Shown: one piece after another, positions 9,127 through 18,519 of the stretch
How positions within the stretch are numbered: position 1 is the stretch's first letter
Layout: the number at the start of each line of letters is the position of its first letter
NCBI GenBank assembly: GCA_944332225.1
Contig: CALVJO010000003.1
Location: 12,482-76,481 of the forward strand
Direction of reading: 5' to 3'
DNA from: an uncultured Bacilli bacterium
Lineage (GTDB): Bacteria > Bacillota_I > Bacilli_A > RFN20 > CAG-449
DNA: 64,000 bases
The notes under the pieces: generated by a model
Databases searched by the model: none
Seen by the model: only the letters and a program-made list of their open reading frames with translations
Told to the model about the DNA's origin: nothing
Made by a program: the position numbers and the translations under genes

Positions 9127-11460
9127 ATGAATTATAAAGATAATGTACCTTTACTCATAACTAGAGCGTTGGTTTTCTTTCCTGGCCCGGTCGCGACTAT
9201 CGATGTAGGAAGAAATTTCTCCCTTTCTGCAATGAACATGGCTATGGAAACTAATGAATCTGATATCGTTATAGTTGCTCAAAAAGATTTAAAAATAAAT
9301 GACCCTAAGCCTGATGACATTTATTTAGTAGGTACTTTATGTCATATTGAACAGGTTGGAATTATTGATAAAAATTATCGGATTAGAGTTGTTGGAAAGA
9401 AAAGAGTTAAATTACTTAGTATTTCTAACTCAACTTATAAAGATCAAGATACTTTTACCTGCACTTATGAGGATTATCCTCTTAAAGATGATGGTGATAA
9501 AGAAGAAACTAATACTTTATTAACTAATATTTTAAGCATATTAGAAGATTATAAAGTTCCTAATGTTATTCCTAAGCCAGTAATCTATAGATTGAGAAAT
9601 AATTTTAATCCTGTTGAAGCTTCAAATTTTATTGCTTATCACATGCAGCTTGACGTTGATAAAAAGCAAAAGCTTCTTGAAGCTAGCTCAGTTTATGAAC
9701 GTTTAAATTTAATCTATCAAGAATTCACAAGAGGACAGATTGAAGTTGAAATCAATTCTAAAATCAATAAAGAGATTAATGATAAGAGTCAACGTCAGCA
9801 AAGAGAATACATTTTAAGAGAGAAGCTAAGAGCTATTCAAAATGAATTAAATAATAATTCTGATGAAGAAGACCCATTAGATAGATATCTTAGATTGTTA
9901 GACGAGAATCCTTATCCTGAAAATATCAAGACTAAAATTAAATCTGAAATTAATAAATTAAGAACTTTGCAGCCAGCTTCAACTGAATATAGCATGGCTC
10001 AAACCTACGTGGATACGGTCATGTCGATACCTTGGTATCAACAAACGGAAGATATCCATGATATTTCTTATGCTGAAAAGGTATTAAATGAAGATCATTA
10101 CGGCCTTGAAAAAGTCAAAGAAAGAATCTTAGAATATTTAGCCGTTAAAAACACGACTAATTCTTTAAAGGCTCCTATTATTTGTCTTTATGGACCTCCT
10201 GGAACTGGTAAAACCTCTTTAGCTAAGAGCATCGCACGCGCCTTGGGAAGAAAATTTGTCAAAGCATCTTTTGGAGGCACTTATGATGAAGCTGAGATTC
10301 GTGGACATAGAAGAACCTATGTAGCTTCAATGCCAGGAAAAATTATTAAAGGTATGCAAAGAGCAGGAGTAATTAACCCTGTATTCTTACTCGATGAGAT
10401 CGATAAGGTTGGTCAAAATAATTATCATGGAGACCCATCTTCTGCCTTGCTTGAAGTTCTTGATCCTGAACAAAATCAATTCTTCTCAGATAACTATGTT
10501 GAAGAACCATATGATTTATCTAAAGTTCTATTCATCGCGACTGCAAACTATTTAGAAAATATTTCTGAACCTCTTCGCGATAGATTAGAATTAATTGAGC
10601 TTAATACTTATACAAATGATGAAAAATTCCACATTGCCACGGAGCATTTAATCAAGATTGAATGCGAGCAAAACGGAATGAAATTAGAAAACTTTGAGAT
10701 AACTAAAGATGCGATTTACTACATTATCGATTATTACACTAGAGAGGCTGGAGTTAGAGATCTTCAAAGAAAGATTGGAACTTTGGTTAGAAAATCTTTA
10801 GTTGAGCTTTTGAAAGCTAATGATCCAAATCGTAAGGTGATCATCGATATAGCTAAAGTAAAAGAGTATCTTGGAACTGAAATTTTCGATGTTTCTAAAA
10901 AAGAAAAAGAAAATCAAATAGGTGTTGTCACCGGATTAGCCTACACTCAAGTTGGAGGCGATATTCTCCCAATTGAAGTAAACTACTTTCAAGGAAAAGG
11001 CGGATTAGTTTTAACTGGTAATTTAGGTGATGTCATGAAAGAATCAGCTTCGATTGCCTTAGATTATGTTAAAGCAAACGCGGAAAGATATGGTATCGAT
11101 CAAAAGTTATTCTTAGAAAATGATATTCACATTCACGTTCCTGAAGGAGCGGTTCCAAAAGATGGACCTTCAGCAGGTATCGCTATGACTGTTGCTATAG
11201 TGTCAGCCTGCTCCCATCGTAGAGTTCTTTCTAATGTAGCTATGACTGGTGAAGTTACCTTAAGAGGTAAGGCTTTAGCAATAGGAGGTCTTAAAGAAAA
11301 GACTCTAGCGGCCTATCGTTCCGGAATCACAAAAGTCTTAATTCCAAGAGAAAATGAACGTAATATGCAAGATTTAGCAAAGGTCGTTCTCGATAATTTA
11401 CAATTTGTTTTAATTGATAATGTCGATGATGCCTTGAAAGAGTGTTTGGTCGATGCTTGA
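9127..11460 (+). CDS. lon: ATP-dependent Lon protease
   Basis: AAA+ Walker A GPPGTGKTSLAKSIA, Walker B FLLDEIDK, protease Ser motif PKDGPSAGIAMT. ATG at 9127 preceded by AGGAGG, so the ORF-track start at 9103 is probably too early. Confidence 0.9.
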   Translation: MNYKDNVPLLITRALVFFPGPVATIDVGRNFSLSAMNMAMETNESDIVIVAQKDLKINDPKPDDIYLVGTLCHIEQVGIIDKNYRIRVVGKKRVKLLSISNSTYKDQDTFTCTYEDYPLKDDGDKEETNTLLTNILSILEDYKVPNVIPKPVIYRLRNNFNPVEASNFIAYHMQLDVDKKQKLLEASSVYERLNLIYQEFTRGQIEVEINSKINKEINDKSQRQQREYILREKLRAIQNELNNNSDEEDPLDRYLRLLDENPYPENIKTKIKSEINKLRTLQPASTEYSMAQTYVDTVMSIPWYQQTEDIHDISYAEKVLNEDHYGLEKVKERILEYLAVKNTTNSLKAPIICLYGPPGTGKTSLAKSIARALGRKFVKASFGGTYDEAEIRGHRRTYVASMPGKIIKGMQRAGVINPVFLLDEIDKVGQNNYHGDPSSALLEVLDPEQNQFFSDNYVEEPYDLSKVLFIATANYLENISEPLRDRLELIELNTYTNDEKFHIATEHLIKIECEQNGMKLENFEITKDAIYYIIDYYTREAGVRDLQRKIGTLVRKSLVELLKANDPNRKVIIDIAKVKEYLGTEIFDVSKKEKENQIGVVTGLAYTQVGGDILPIEVNYFQGKGGLVLTGNLGDVMKESASIALDYVKANAERYGIDQKLFLENDIHIHVPEGAVPKDGPSAGIAMTVAIVSACSHRRVLSNVAMTGEVTLRGKALAIGGLKEKTLAAYRSGITKVLIPRENERNMQDLAKVVLDNLQFVLIDNVDDALKECLVDA

Positions 11461-12025
11461 TTTTTCTGTCTCTGAGTTTGTTCTTTCTTCTTCTAAAGAT
11501 TCTTTTCATCTCTATGATTTACCCCAGGTTTTATTCATCGGTAAATCAAATGTGGGAAAGTCTTCTTTAATCAACGCTTTGTTACAAAGAAAGAATCTAG
11601 CTTATGTTTCTAAAACTCCAGGTCACACGACTTTAATCAATTATTATAAAGTTGATAATAAGTTTTATCTAGTTGACGCGCCGGGGTTTGGATATCGTAA
11701 AATTGCTTATTCTAAAGATGAATTTGAAGATTTGATGCTTTCTTATCTTGAAAATCATCCAAAGCTAAAATTAATTATCTATCTATTAGATTCAAGAAGA
11801 GATTTAAAAGAGGATGAGCTTAACACAATTGAATATTTAAAGAGTTTAAATTATCCTTATTATCTTGTTTTTACTAAGCAAGATAAATTAAATCAAAAAG
11901 AAAAAGCTCGTTTAGAAAAGCAAGTAAAACCTATTTCACAAGACTATCTGTTAGTCTCTTCTTTGAATAAGACTAATCTTGATAAACTAAAAGAAATTAT
12001 TTCTAACTATATAGGAGCAATGTAA
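11453..12025 (+). CDS. engB: Ribosome biogenesis GTPase YihA/EngB
   Basis: G1 GKSNVGKSSLINAL, G3 DAPGFG, TKQDK G4. 8-nt overlap with lon, as in Firmicutes. Confidence 0.85.
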   Translation: MLDFSVSEFVLSSSKDSFHLYDLPQVLFIGKSNVGKSSLINALLQRKNLAYVSKTPGHTTLINYYKVDNKFYLVDAPGFGYRKIAYSKDEFEDLMLSYLENHPKLKLIIYLLDSRRDLKEDELNTIEYLKSLNYPYYLVFTKQDKLNQKEKARLEKQVKPISQDYLLVSSLNKTNLDKLKEIISNYIGAM

Positions 12026-12053
12026 TTTGCTCTTTTATTAAGAAGGAGGATAT

Positions 12054-14621
12054 ATGCTAAAAACCCATTACAATCACGTAGAAGTTGAAAAAGGTAAATA
12101 CGAAACCTGGCTTAAAAAAGGTTATTTTACAGCTGGTGACAATTCAAAAATGCGATTTTCAATGGTCATTCCTCCTCCTAATGTCACCGGGATGCTCCAT
12201 TTAGGTCATGCCTGGAACACCACCGTTCAAGATATAATCGCAAGATATAAAAGAATGAAAGGTTACGATGTTCTTTGGGTTCCTGGAATGGACCATGCTG
12301 GAATCGCTACCCAAGCTAAAGTTGAAGCTAAGTTACGAGAACAAAATATCTCTCGTTATGATTTAGGTAGAGAAAAATTTTTAGTCCAAGCCTGGAAATG
12401 GAAAGAAGAATATGCCAAAACCATTCATTCTCAATGGTCGGTGATGGGATTATCTTTAGATTATTCTAAAGAAAGATTTACTCTTGATGAAGGCCTTTCT
12501 AAGGCGGTAAAACATGTTTTCGTTACTTTATATAATAAAGGACTAATCTATCGAGGAGAGAGAATAATTAACTGGGATCCTGTATTTAAAACCGCATTGA
12601 GTAATATTGAAGTTGTTCACCAAGACGATAAGGGATACTTTTATTATTTTAAATATCCTTTTGTTGAGAATCCTAATGAGTATTTAACTGTAGCCACCAC
12701 GCGTCCTGAGACTATGTTTGGAGATGTTTGCTTAGTTGTTAATCCAAATGATCCTAGATATTCAAAGTATATTGGACAAAAGGTGATTAATCCTGCTAAT
12801 AAAGAGGAAATTGAAATCATCGGTGATAGCTATGTTGATATTGAATTTGGAACTGGGGTGATGAAATGCACGCCTGCTCACGATCCAAACGATTTTAAGA
12901 TTGGCGAAAAGTATCACCTAAAAAGAATTAATATCTTTAATGATGATGCGACGATGAATGAGAATTGCCCTAAAGAATATGTTAATTTAGATAGATTTGT
13001 TTGCCGTGATAAATTAGTAGCAACTCTTAAAGAAGAAGGTTATTTAATTAAGCAAGAAGAGATCATTCACCAAGTTGGTCATTCTGAAAGAAGTAAGACT
13101 GTTGTTGAACCGATGGTAAAGAAACAATGGTTCGTAAAGATGGGACCTTTAGCTAAGCAAGCTTTAGAAAATCAAGCTAGCGAAGATAAAGTTGAGTTTA
13201 TTCCTGAACGTTTTTCTAAGATCTTTGAAAACTGGATGAATGATTGCGAGGATTGGTGCATCTCTCGTCAGCTGTGGTGGGGTCATAGAATACCTGCTTA
13301 TTATTCTAAGAAAGATGGATCTATTTTAGTTAGCGAAACTGAACCTGAAAATATAGATGATTATATTCAAGATGAAGATGTTTTAGATACCTGGTTCTCT
13401 TCGGCTCTTTGGCCATTTTCAACCTTAGGTTGGCCTGAGGATACTGAGTTATTTAAGCGTTATTATCCTCTTGATATCATGGTAACTGCTTACGATATCA
13501 TCTTCTTCTGGGTTTCTAGAATGATTTTCCAAGGACTAGAATTCACCAAAGTAGCTCCATTTAAAAAATGTTTGATTCATGGCTTAATTCGTGATGAGCA
13601 AGGAAGAAAAATGTCTAAGTCATTAGGAAATGGTATCGATCCTTTTGATGTAATTAATAAATATGGAGTTGATGCTTTACGTTATTTCTTAACTACTTCT
13701 ACTTCACCTGGATTGGATACTCGTTATTCAGAAGAGAAAGTTAAGGCTTCTGAAAGCTATCTAAATAAGATTTGGAATTCGGCTAGATACGTCTTAATGA
13801 ATATTGAAGACGAGAAGAATTTAGATAATATTGATTTAAGCAAGTTATCACTTGTTGATAAGTTCATTCTTTCTAGATTGAATAAGACGATTCAAAATGT
13901 CACTTTCAATATGGAAAAATATGATTTTGCTAACGCTTCGACTCATTTATATAACTTTGTTTACGATGATTTCACTTCTTGGTATCTAGAATTAAGTAAA
14001 GTTAAGATGACTAGCGAAACTAAGAAAGTTTTATTGAAAGTCTTAAAGGATATCATTTTGATGATTTATCCATACACGCCGTTTATAGCTGAAGAAATCT
14101 ATCTATCGCTTCCTAATCATCTTGAAAGCATCTGTCTTGAATCATATCCTGAATTTAATCCTTCAGAAGTCTTTGAAGAGGAAGAGATGAAAGTTAATTC
14201 ACTTATTAAAATTATTAAAGATATCCGTTCTTTCAAAGTTGAAAATAATCTTCAACCAAATGCTTCTATTAAACTATATTTCACTGCAAAAGATTGTTCG
14301 CCTGAAGAGATTGTTCCTTATTTAAAGAGATTCAGCTTTGCTTCCGAAATTGTATTAAATAAGCACATGCTTTCCTCTAAGATATATGAGCTTGGTGAAA
14401 TATATATTGAAGAAGATATTGATAAACAAGAACAAATTAAGAAAATTGAAAAAGAGCTAGAAACTTTAGAATTTGAAATCTCTAGAGGTGAAAAGATGCT
14501 ATCTAATGAAAACTTCTTATTAAAAGCTAAGAAAGAAAAAGTTGATTTAGAAAAAGAAAAGCTAGCGAAGAATCTAGAAAAGAAAAAACAATATTTAAAT
14601 AAATTAGAATCTCTTAAATAA
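12054..14621 (+). CDS. valS: Valyl-tRNA synthetase
   Basis: HIGH-type PPPNVTGMLHLGHA, KMSKS, C-terminal coiled coil. Confidence 0.9.
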   Translation: MLKTHYNHVEVEKGKYETWLKKGYFTAGDNSKMRFSMVIPPPNVTGMLHLGHAWNTTVQDIIARYKRMKGYDVLWVPGMDHAGIATQAKVEAKLREQNISRYDLGREKFLVQAWKWKEEYAKTIHSQWSVMGLSLDYSKERFTLDEGLSKAVKHVFVTLYNKGLIYRGERIINWDPVFKTALSNIEVVHQDDKGYFYYFKYPFVENPNEYLTVATTRPETMFGDVCLVVNPNDPRYSKYIGQKVINPANKEEIEIIGDSYVDIEFGTGVMKCTPAHDPNDFKIGEKYHLKRINIFNDDATMNENCPKEYVNLDRFVCRDKLVATLKEEGYLIKQEEIIHQVGHSERSKTVVEPMVKKQWFVKMGPLAKQALENQASEDKVEFIPERFSKIFENWMNDCEDWCISRQLWWGHRIPAYYSKKDGSILVSETEPENIDDYIQDEDVLDTWFSSALWPFSTLGWPEDTELFKRYYPLDIMVTAYDIIFFWVSRMIFQGLEFTKVAPFKKCLIHGLIRDEQGRKMSKSLGNGIDPFDVINKYGVDALRYFLTTSTSPGLDTRYSEEKVKASESYLNKIWNSARYVLMNIEDEKNLDNIDLSKLSLVDKFILSRLNKTIQNVTFNMEKYDFANASTHLYNFVYDDFTSWYLELSKVKMTSETKKVLLKVLKDIILMIYPYTPFIAEEIYLSLPNHLESICLESYPEFNPSEVFEEEEMKVNSLIKIIKDIRSFKVENNLQPNASIKLYFTAKDCSPEEIVPYLKRFSFASEIVLNKHMLSSKIYELGEIYIEEDIDKQEQIKKIEKELETLEFEISRGEKMLSNENFLLKAKKEKVDLEKEKLAKNLEKKKQYLNKLESLK

Positions 14622-14641
14622 AATTTAAAAAAATATGATTT

Positions 14642-14675
14642 ATCCTCCTATATAAAAATGATAGGAGGATTTTTT
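14642..14675 (+). terminator. Intrinsic terminator of valS, whose 3' arm contains the SD of the next ORF
   Basis: Perfect 10-bp inverted repeat ATCCTCCTAT / ATAGGAGGAT with a 9-nt loop, followed by TTTTT. Confidence 0.7.
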
Positions 14676-14849
14676 ATGAGAGAATTAACTATAGAAGAAA
14701 TAAAAACTTTAAAAGGTGGTGAGCTAACAGTGGCAGCCGTTTTAGCTGTAATGGTTGCAGCGGTAGTAGCAGTCATCATCTATCGCTTATTCATGTCTTC
14801 AAGCGGCTCAACTACCCTTCCAGGGGGATTCAAATTTGAATGGGAATAA
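14676..14849 (+). CDS. Small peptide with double-glycine (GG) leader and hydrophobic core
   Basis: MRELTIEEIKTLKGG matches the GG-leader consensus (L-12, E-8, I-7, L-4, GG-2/-1), followed by ELTVAAVLAVMVAAVVAVIIYRLF. ATG is 6 nt after AGGAGGA. The ORF-track start at 14658 lies inside the terminator loop. Confidence 0.45.
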   Translation: MRELTIEEIKTLKGGELTVAAVLAVMVAAVVAVIIYRLFMSSSGSTTLPGGFKFEWE

Positions 14850-15523
14850 AGGATCTAGCTCATTCCTCGAGGCCGCGAGAGAAAGCCTTGCTTCGCGGGA
14901 TAAAAAGTTTAGATGATGAAGAATTACTATGTTTAATCTTTGATTTTGGAACTAAGAATTTAGGGGTAAAGGAGTTGTCTTTTAATCTATTAAAAAAATA
15001 TGGTAGTTTAAAAAATATTGTTTCCCTCTCATCTAAGGAATTAATGTCGAATAATGGGATAAAGATAGCAAAGGCTTTGAAGATTCTAACCATCAATGAA
15101 ATATATAGGAGAATCAACTTAGATAATTTGCTTTCTTTAAAATCAGTTGATAGTCAATCGATTGGAAAGTTGGCTAAAACATTAATTAGTGATTCAGATA
15201 GTGAAAACTTATACATGTTTTTAATTAATAAGAATCACGAATTAATTTATTATGATTTATTAAATATCGGAGGGAAAAAATCAATTACGATGTTTCCTCA
15301 AAAGATATTAAAGCTAGCTTTAGAAAAGGGAGCATATGGAATCTACTTAGTTCATAATCATCCGTCAAATAATTTATATCCATCAGATAAAGATAGAGAT
15401 GAAACTTATAATTTAGAAGCAATTTTGAATATTGGAGGAATTAGACTAATCGATCATTTAATCATCGGTAATGATGCATTTTATTCCATAAAAAACAGAA
15501 CGATAGCCTCTTTAGAAAAGTGA
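14840..15523 (+). CDS. radC: RadC-like JAB-domain protein (UPF0758)
   Basis: N-terminal IKDLAHSSRPREKALLRG...DEELLCLIF, JAMM-like HNHPSNNLYPSDKD. Confidence 0.8.
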   Translation: MGIKDLAHSSRPREKALLRGIKSLDDEELLCLIFDFGTKNLGVKELSFNLLKKYGSLKNIVSLSSKELMSNNGIKIAKALKILTINEIYRRINLDNLLSLKSVDSQSIGKLAKTLISDSDSENLYMFLINKNHELIYYDLLNIGGKKSITMFPQKILKLALEKGAYGIYLVHNHPSNNLYPSDKDRDETYNLEAILNIGGIRLIDHLIIGNDAFYSIKNRTIASLEK

Positions 15524-15559
15524 TAATAACTTAAAAAAGTGTTGTAAGCAAAATGAAAA

Positions 15560-15660
15560 AAAGATAATATATTAATCGCTTGGACCTGATATAGGGGCCC
15601 AACCGCATCGAAAAGGTTTAAATTTTGCCTTCAGAGCGAGTCAGACTATATATTAGGAGG
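15560..15660 (+). promoter_or_regulatory. Candidate L21 leader (autoregulatory 5' UTR of the rplU-ysxB-rpmA operon)
   Basis: Unusually GC-rich structured stretch (GGACCTGATATAGGGGCCCAACCGCATCG...) directly upstream of the rplU SD, at the position of the Firmicutes L21 leader. Confidence 0.35.
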
Positions 15661-15666
15661 TGTCAT

Positions 15667-15975
15667 ATGTACGCGATTATTGAAACTGGCGGAAAGCAAA
15701 TTAAAGTTGCTGTCGGAGATACAATTTTTGTTGAAAAGATTGATGGAGAAGCTTCTTCTACCGTCACATTCGACAAGGTATTATTAGTTTCCGACAAAGA
15801 TGTTTCTCTCGGTAATCCTTATGTTAAAGGAGCAACCGTCACTGGAGAAATTGAAAAGCAAGGAAAAGCAAAGAAAGTTTTGGTCTTCAAATATAAGAGC
15901 AAAGCTAACTACCGTCGTTTAACTGGACATCGTCAACCTTATACAAAGGTAACGATCAAAGCTATCAACGCTTAA
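15667..15975 (+). CDS. rplU: 50S ribosomal protein L21
   Basis: [14 protein letters not shown] start with TAGGAGG SD. The ORF-track start at 15625 is too early. Confidence 0.9.
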   Translation: MYAIIETGGKQIKVAVGDTIFVEKIDGEASSTVTFDKVLLVSDKDVSLGNPYVKGATVTGEIEKQGKAKKVLVFKYKSKANYRRLTGHRQPYTKVTIKAINA

Positions 15976-15986
15976 TCAATTAGCTA

Positions 15987-16292
15987 ATGATTAAAGTAAC
16001 AGTAATCTACGTTGGAAATGAAATTAGAGGATTAAAAGTCGTTGGACATGCTAATTCTCAAAAATATGGTCAAGATCTTATTTGCGCGTCGGTCTCATCC
16101 ATTGTAACTGGAGGATTTAACGCATTTGATGAAGACGATATCGTTTCCATAAAGTTAGAGGAAGGGTTTGGAGAAGTCTTTCTTAAAAGAGAGAATGATG
16201 TTATCAAAACCATAATCATTCAGCTTAAAACTATCGCGGAAGAGTTTCCGCAGTACCTAGAAATTAATTCTAAGAAAGAGGTGGAAAAATGA
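15987..16292 (+). CDS. Ribosomal-processing cysteine protease Prp (YsxB)
   Basis: ~100 aa, VVGHA...DLICASVSS catalytic His/Cys dyad. Sits between rplU and rpmA. Confidence 0.8.
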   Translation: MIKVTVIYVGNEIRGLKVVGHANSQKYGQDLICASVSSIVTGGFNAFDEDDIVSIKLEEGFGEVFLKRENDVIKTIIIQLKTIAEEFPQYLEINSKKEVEK

Positions 16293-16579
16293 GATTCATT
16301 CTAAACATTCAATTATTTGCTTCTAAAAAGGGAGTTTCATCTACCAAAAACGGCCGTGATTCCGAAGCTAAGAGATTAGGAGCTAAGAAATCCGACGGAC
16401 AATTTGCGACAGCTGGTTCTATCATCTATCGTCAAAGAGGAACAAAGATTTATCCTGGCGTCAACTGTAGAAAAGGTGGAGACGATACTATCTACACCAC
16501 AGTAGACGGAATTGTCAAATACGAAAGAGTTGGAAAAAGTAGAAAGCAAGCTTCCTGCTATCCAGTCGAAGTTAAGTAA
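16289..16579 (+). CDS. rpmA: 50S ribosomal protein L27 with cleavable N-terminal extension
   Basis: [34 protein letters not shown]. The LNIQLF|ASKKG Prp cleavage motif is almost identical to Staphylococcus/Bacillus L27. Confidence 0.9.
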   Translation: MRFILNIQLFASKKGVSSTKNGRDSEAKRLGAKKSDGQFATAGSIIYRQRGTKIYPGVNCRKGGDDTIYTTVDGIVKYERVGKSRKQASCYPVEVK

Positions 16580-16583
16580 TTCT

Positions 16584-16608
16584 AGCCACCTAATTGGTGG
16601 CTTTTTTA
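16584..16608 (+). terminator. Intrinsic terminator after rpmA
   Basis: AGCCACC-TAATT-GGTGGCT stem-loop followed by TTTTTT. Confidence 0.7.
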
Positions 16609-16620
16609 TAGGAGGTAACC

Positions 16621-17898
16621 ATGTTCATCGATCGAGCAAAATTAACAGTTAAATCTGGAAAAGGTGGAGATGGCGCGATTGCTTTTCATCATGAAAAGTT
16701 TGTCGAGCGAGGTGGACCATCTGGAGGAAACGGAGGTAGAGGCGGTTCAATTTATTTTGTTACTAGCAAGCATACTTCAACTTTAATTAATTACCGTCAT
16801 GCTAAGAAAATCGTAGCAAGCGATGGCCAAAATGGCATGGCTAAAAAAATGTATGGGGCCAAGGGAGAGGATATCTATCTTGAATTACCTCTTGGAACTG
16901 TAGTTTATCAAGAGCCAGGTCATCATTTCATCGTGGATATGAAAGATGAGAATCAAACATTTTTAATTTGTAAAGGAGGAAGAGGCGGACGTGGAAACGC
17001 TTGTTTTGCTTCATCTAGAAATAGAACTCCTAGAGTTGCTGAAAATGGTTTACCAGGAGAAGAGAAAGTTTTAACTTTAGAATTAAAATTAATCGCAGAT
17101 GTTGGATTAGTTGGAATGCCTAGCGTTGGAAAATCAACATTTTTAAATGTGGTTTCCTCAGCTAGACCGGGAATTGGCGATTATCCTTTCACCACGTTAA
17201 TACCATCTTTAGGCGTGGTTAATTTAGATCAAGATAACAGCTTTGTCTGCGCGGATATTCCTGGATTGATCAAAGGAGCCTCGATTGGCAAAGGATTAGG
17301 TCTTGCCTTTTTAAGACATATAGAAAGATGCAAGGTTTTACTTCATATTCTTGATATGGAAAGAGAAGATCCTCTTTCTGATTTTGAAGTGATAATGGAA
17401 GAATTAAAATCTTATTCTGAGCATCTTCTCTCTCGTCCGATGGTTGTTTGTTTAAATAAGACTGAAGATGATGAGCTGATGGATAAAGCTAAAAATATTG
17501 AAAAGGTTTTAACTGAAAGAGGATATAAAGTTTTTATCGTTTCCCTAATCTTAAATGAAAATGTTAAACCGATGCTTTATTATCTATCGTCTTTAGTAAA
17601 AGAAACTAAAGAAATTCCTCTTTATGAGAATAAAGTAGAAACAGTTAAAGTTTTTGATGCTACTAAAGAAATTGAAAAAGAATTTGAGATTGAAAAAACT
17701 TCTCCTCACTCATTTAGAATTTACGGGCCTAGAATCGAAAGAACTTATTCATTGATTAACTTATCAACTGATGAAGGGGTTATGAAACTTATATCTATCT
17801 TGCATAAAGTTGGAGTCGATGACGCATTGAAGAATTTAGGCGCGGTCGATGGAGATACGGTTACATTAATGGATTTTGAATTCGAATATTTTGAATAG
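16621..17898 (+). CDS. obg: GTPase Obg
   Basis: Glycine-rich Obg fold (GKGGDG, GGNGGRGG, GGRGGRGN), G domain GMPSVGKST, DIPGLI. Confidence 0.9.
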   Translation: MFIDRAKLTVKSGKGGDGAIAFHHEKFVERGGPSGGNGGRGGSIYFVTSKHTSTLINYRHAKKIVASDGQNGMAKKMYGAKGEDIYLELPLGTVVYQEPGHHFIVDMKDENQTFLICKGGRGGRGNACFASSRNRTPRVAENGLPGEEKVLTLELKLIADVGLVGMPSVGKSTFLNVVSSARPGIGDYPFTTLIPSLGVVNLDQDNSFVCADIPGLIKGASIGKGLGLAFLRHIERCKVLLHILDMEREDPLSDFEVIMEELKSYSEHLLSRPMVVCLNKTEDDELMDKAKNIEKVLTERGYKVFIVSLILNENVKPMLYYLSSLVKETKEIPLYENKVETVKVFDATKEIEKEFEIEKTSPHSFRIYGPRIERTYSLINLSTDEGVMKLISILHKVGVDDALKNLGAVDGDTVTLMDFEFEYFE

Positions 17899-17931
17899 TG
17901 AAAATTCAAATAAATAATCTATAATTGATTT

Positions 17932-18519
17932 ATGTATTACTATATCAAAGGAACTGTAGAAGAAATTCATCTTGATTATATTGTCTGCGAGGCTAACTCA
18001 ATTGGCTATCAAATTTTTGTGACCAATGTTTCTGCTTTTGCTTTATATCAAGAATATAAGATTTATTTAACTCACATCGTTAGAGAAGATGATGAGCAAT
18101 TAATTGGTTTTTTATCCTTAGAAGAAAAATCTATTTTTGATCAACTGTTAACGGTTAAAGGAATCGGTGTAAAGTCAGCATTAGGTGCTTTATCCAAGGT
18201 TTCAGTCGAACAATTCTTAACATTTGTAGAAAATGAAGATGTTAACGCTTTAAAAAAGCTGCCTTCGATAGGACCAAAAGCGGCAAGTCAGATCATTCTA
18301 GATTTAAAAGGAAAAATAAAACCATCAACTTTTGCTAAGATCCATAGCGAAAATAAAACTGCATCAACAAGTTTAAATCAAAATCAGCAAGATGCCTTGA
18401 ACGTTTTATTATCTTTAGGCTTAAAGAAAAACGAAATCACTTCTCTTATGATTACCATTCCAGAAACATTATCATCTGAAGATATAATCAAAGAAGTTCT
18501 TAGAAAGGTCAGTAAATAA
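17932..18519 (+). CDS. ruvA: Holliday junction helicase subunit RuvA
   Basis: MYYYIKGTVEEI...GYQIF, HhH LLTVKGIGVKSA. Adjacent to ruvB. Confidence 0.85.
   Translation: MYYYIKGTVEEIHLDYIVCEANSIGYQIFVTNVSAFALYQEYKIYLTHIVREDDEQLIGFLSLEEKSIFDQLLTVKGIGVKSALGALSKVSVEQFLTFVENEDVNALKKLPSIGPKAASQIILDLKGKIKPSTFAKIHSENKTASTSLNQNQQDALNVLLSLGLKKNEITSLMITIPETLSSEDIIKEVLRKVSK

Noticed and set aside
12026-12053. Looked for T-box leaders upstream of valS, pheS (26393..26403) and leuS (46640..46718).
   Set aside because: Intergenic spaces are about 28, 11 and 79 nt, far too short for a 250-300-nt T-box riboswitch. No AGGGUGGNACCGCG-like T-box sequence seen.
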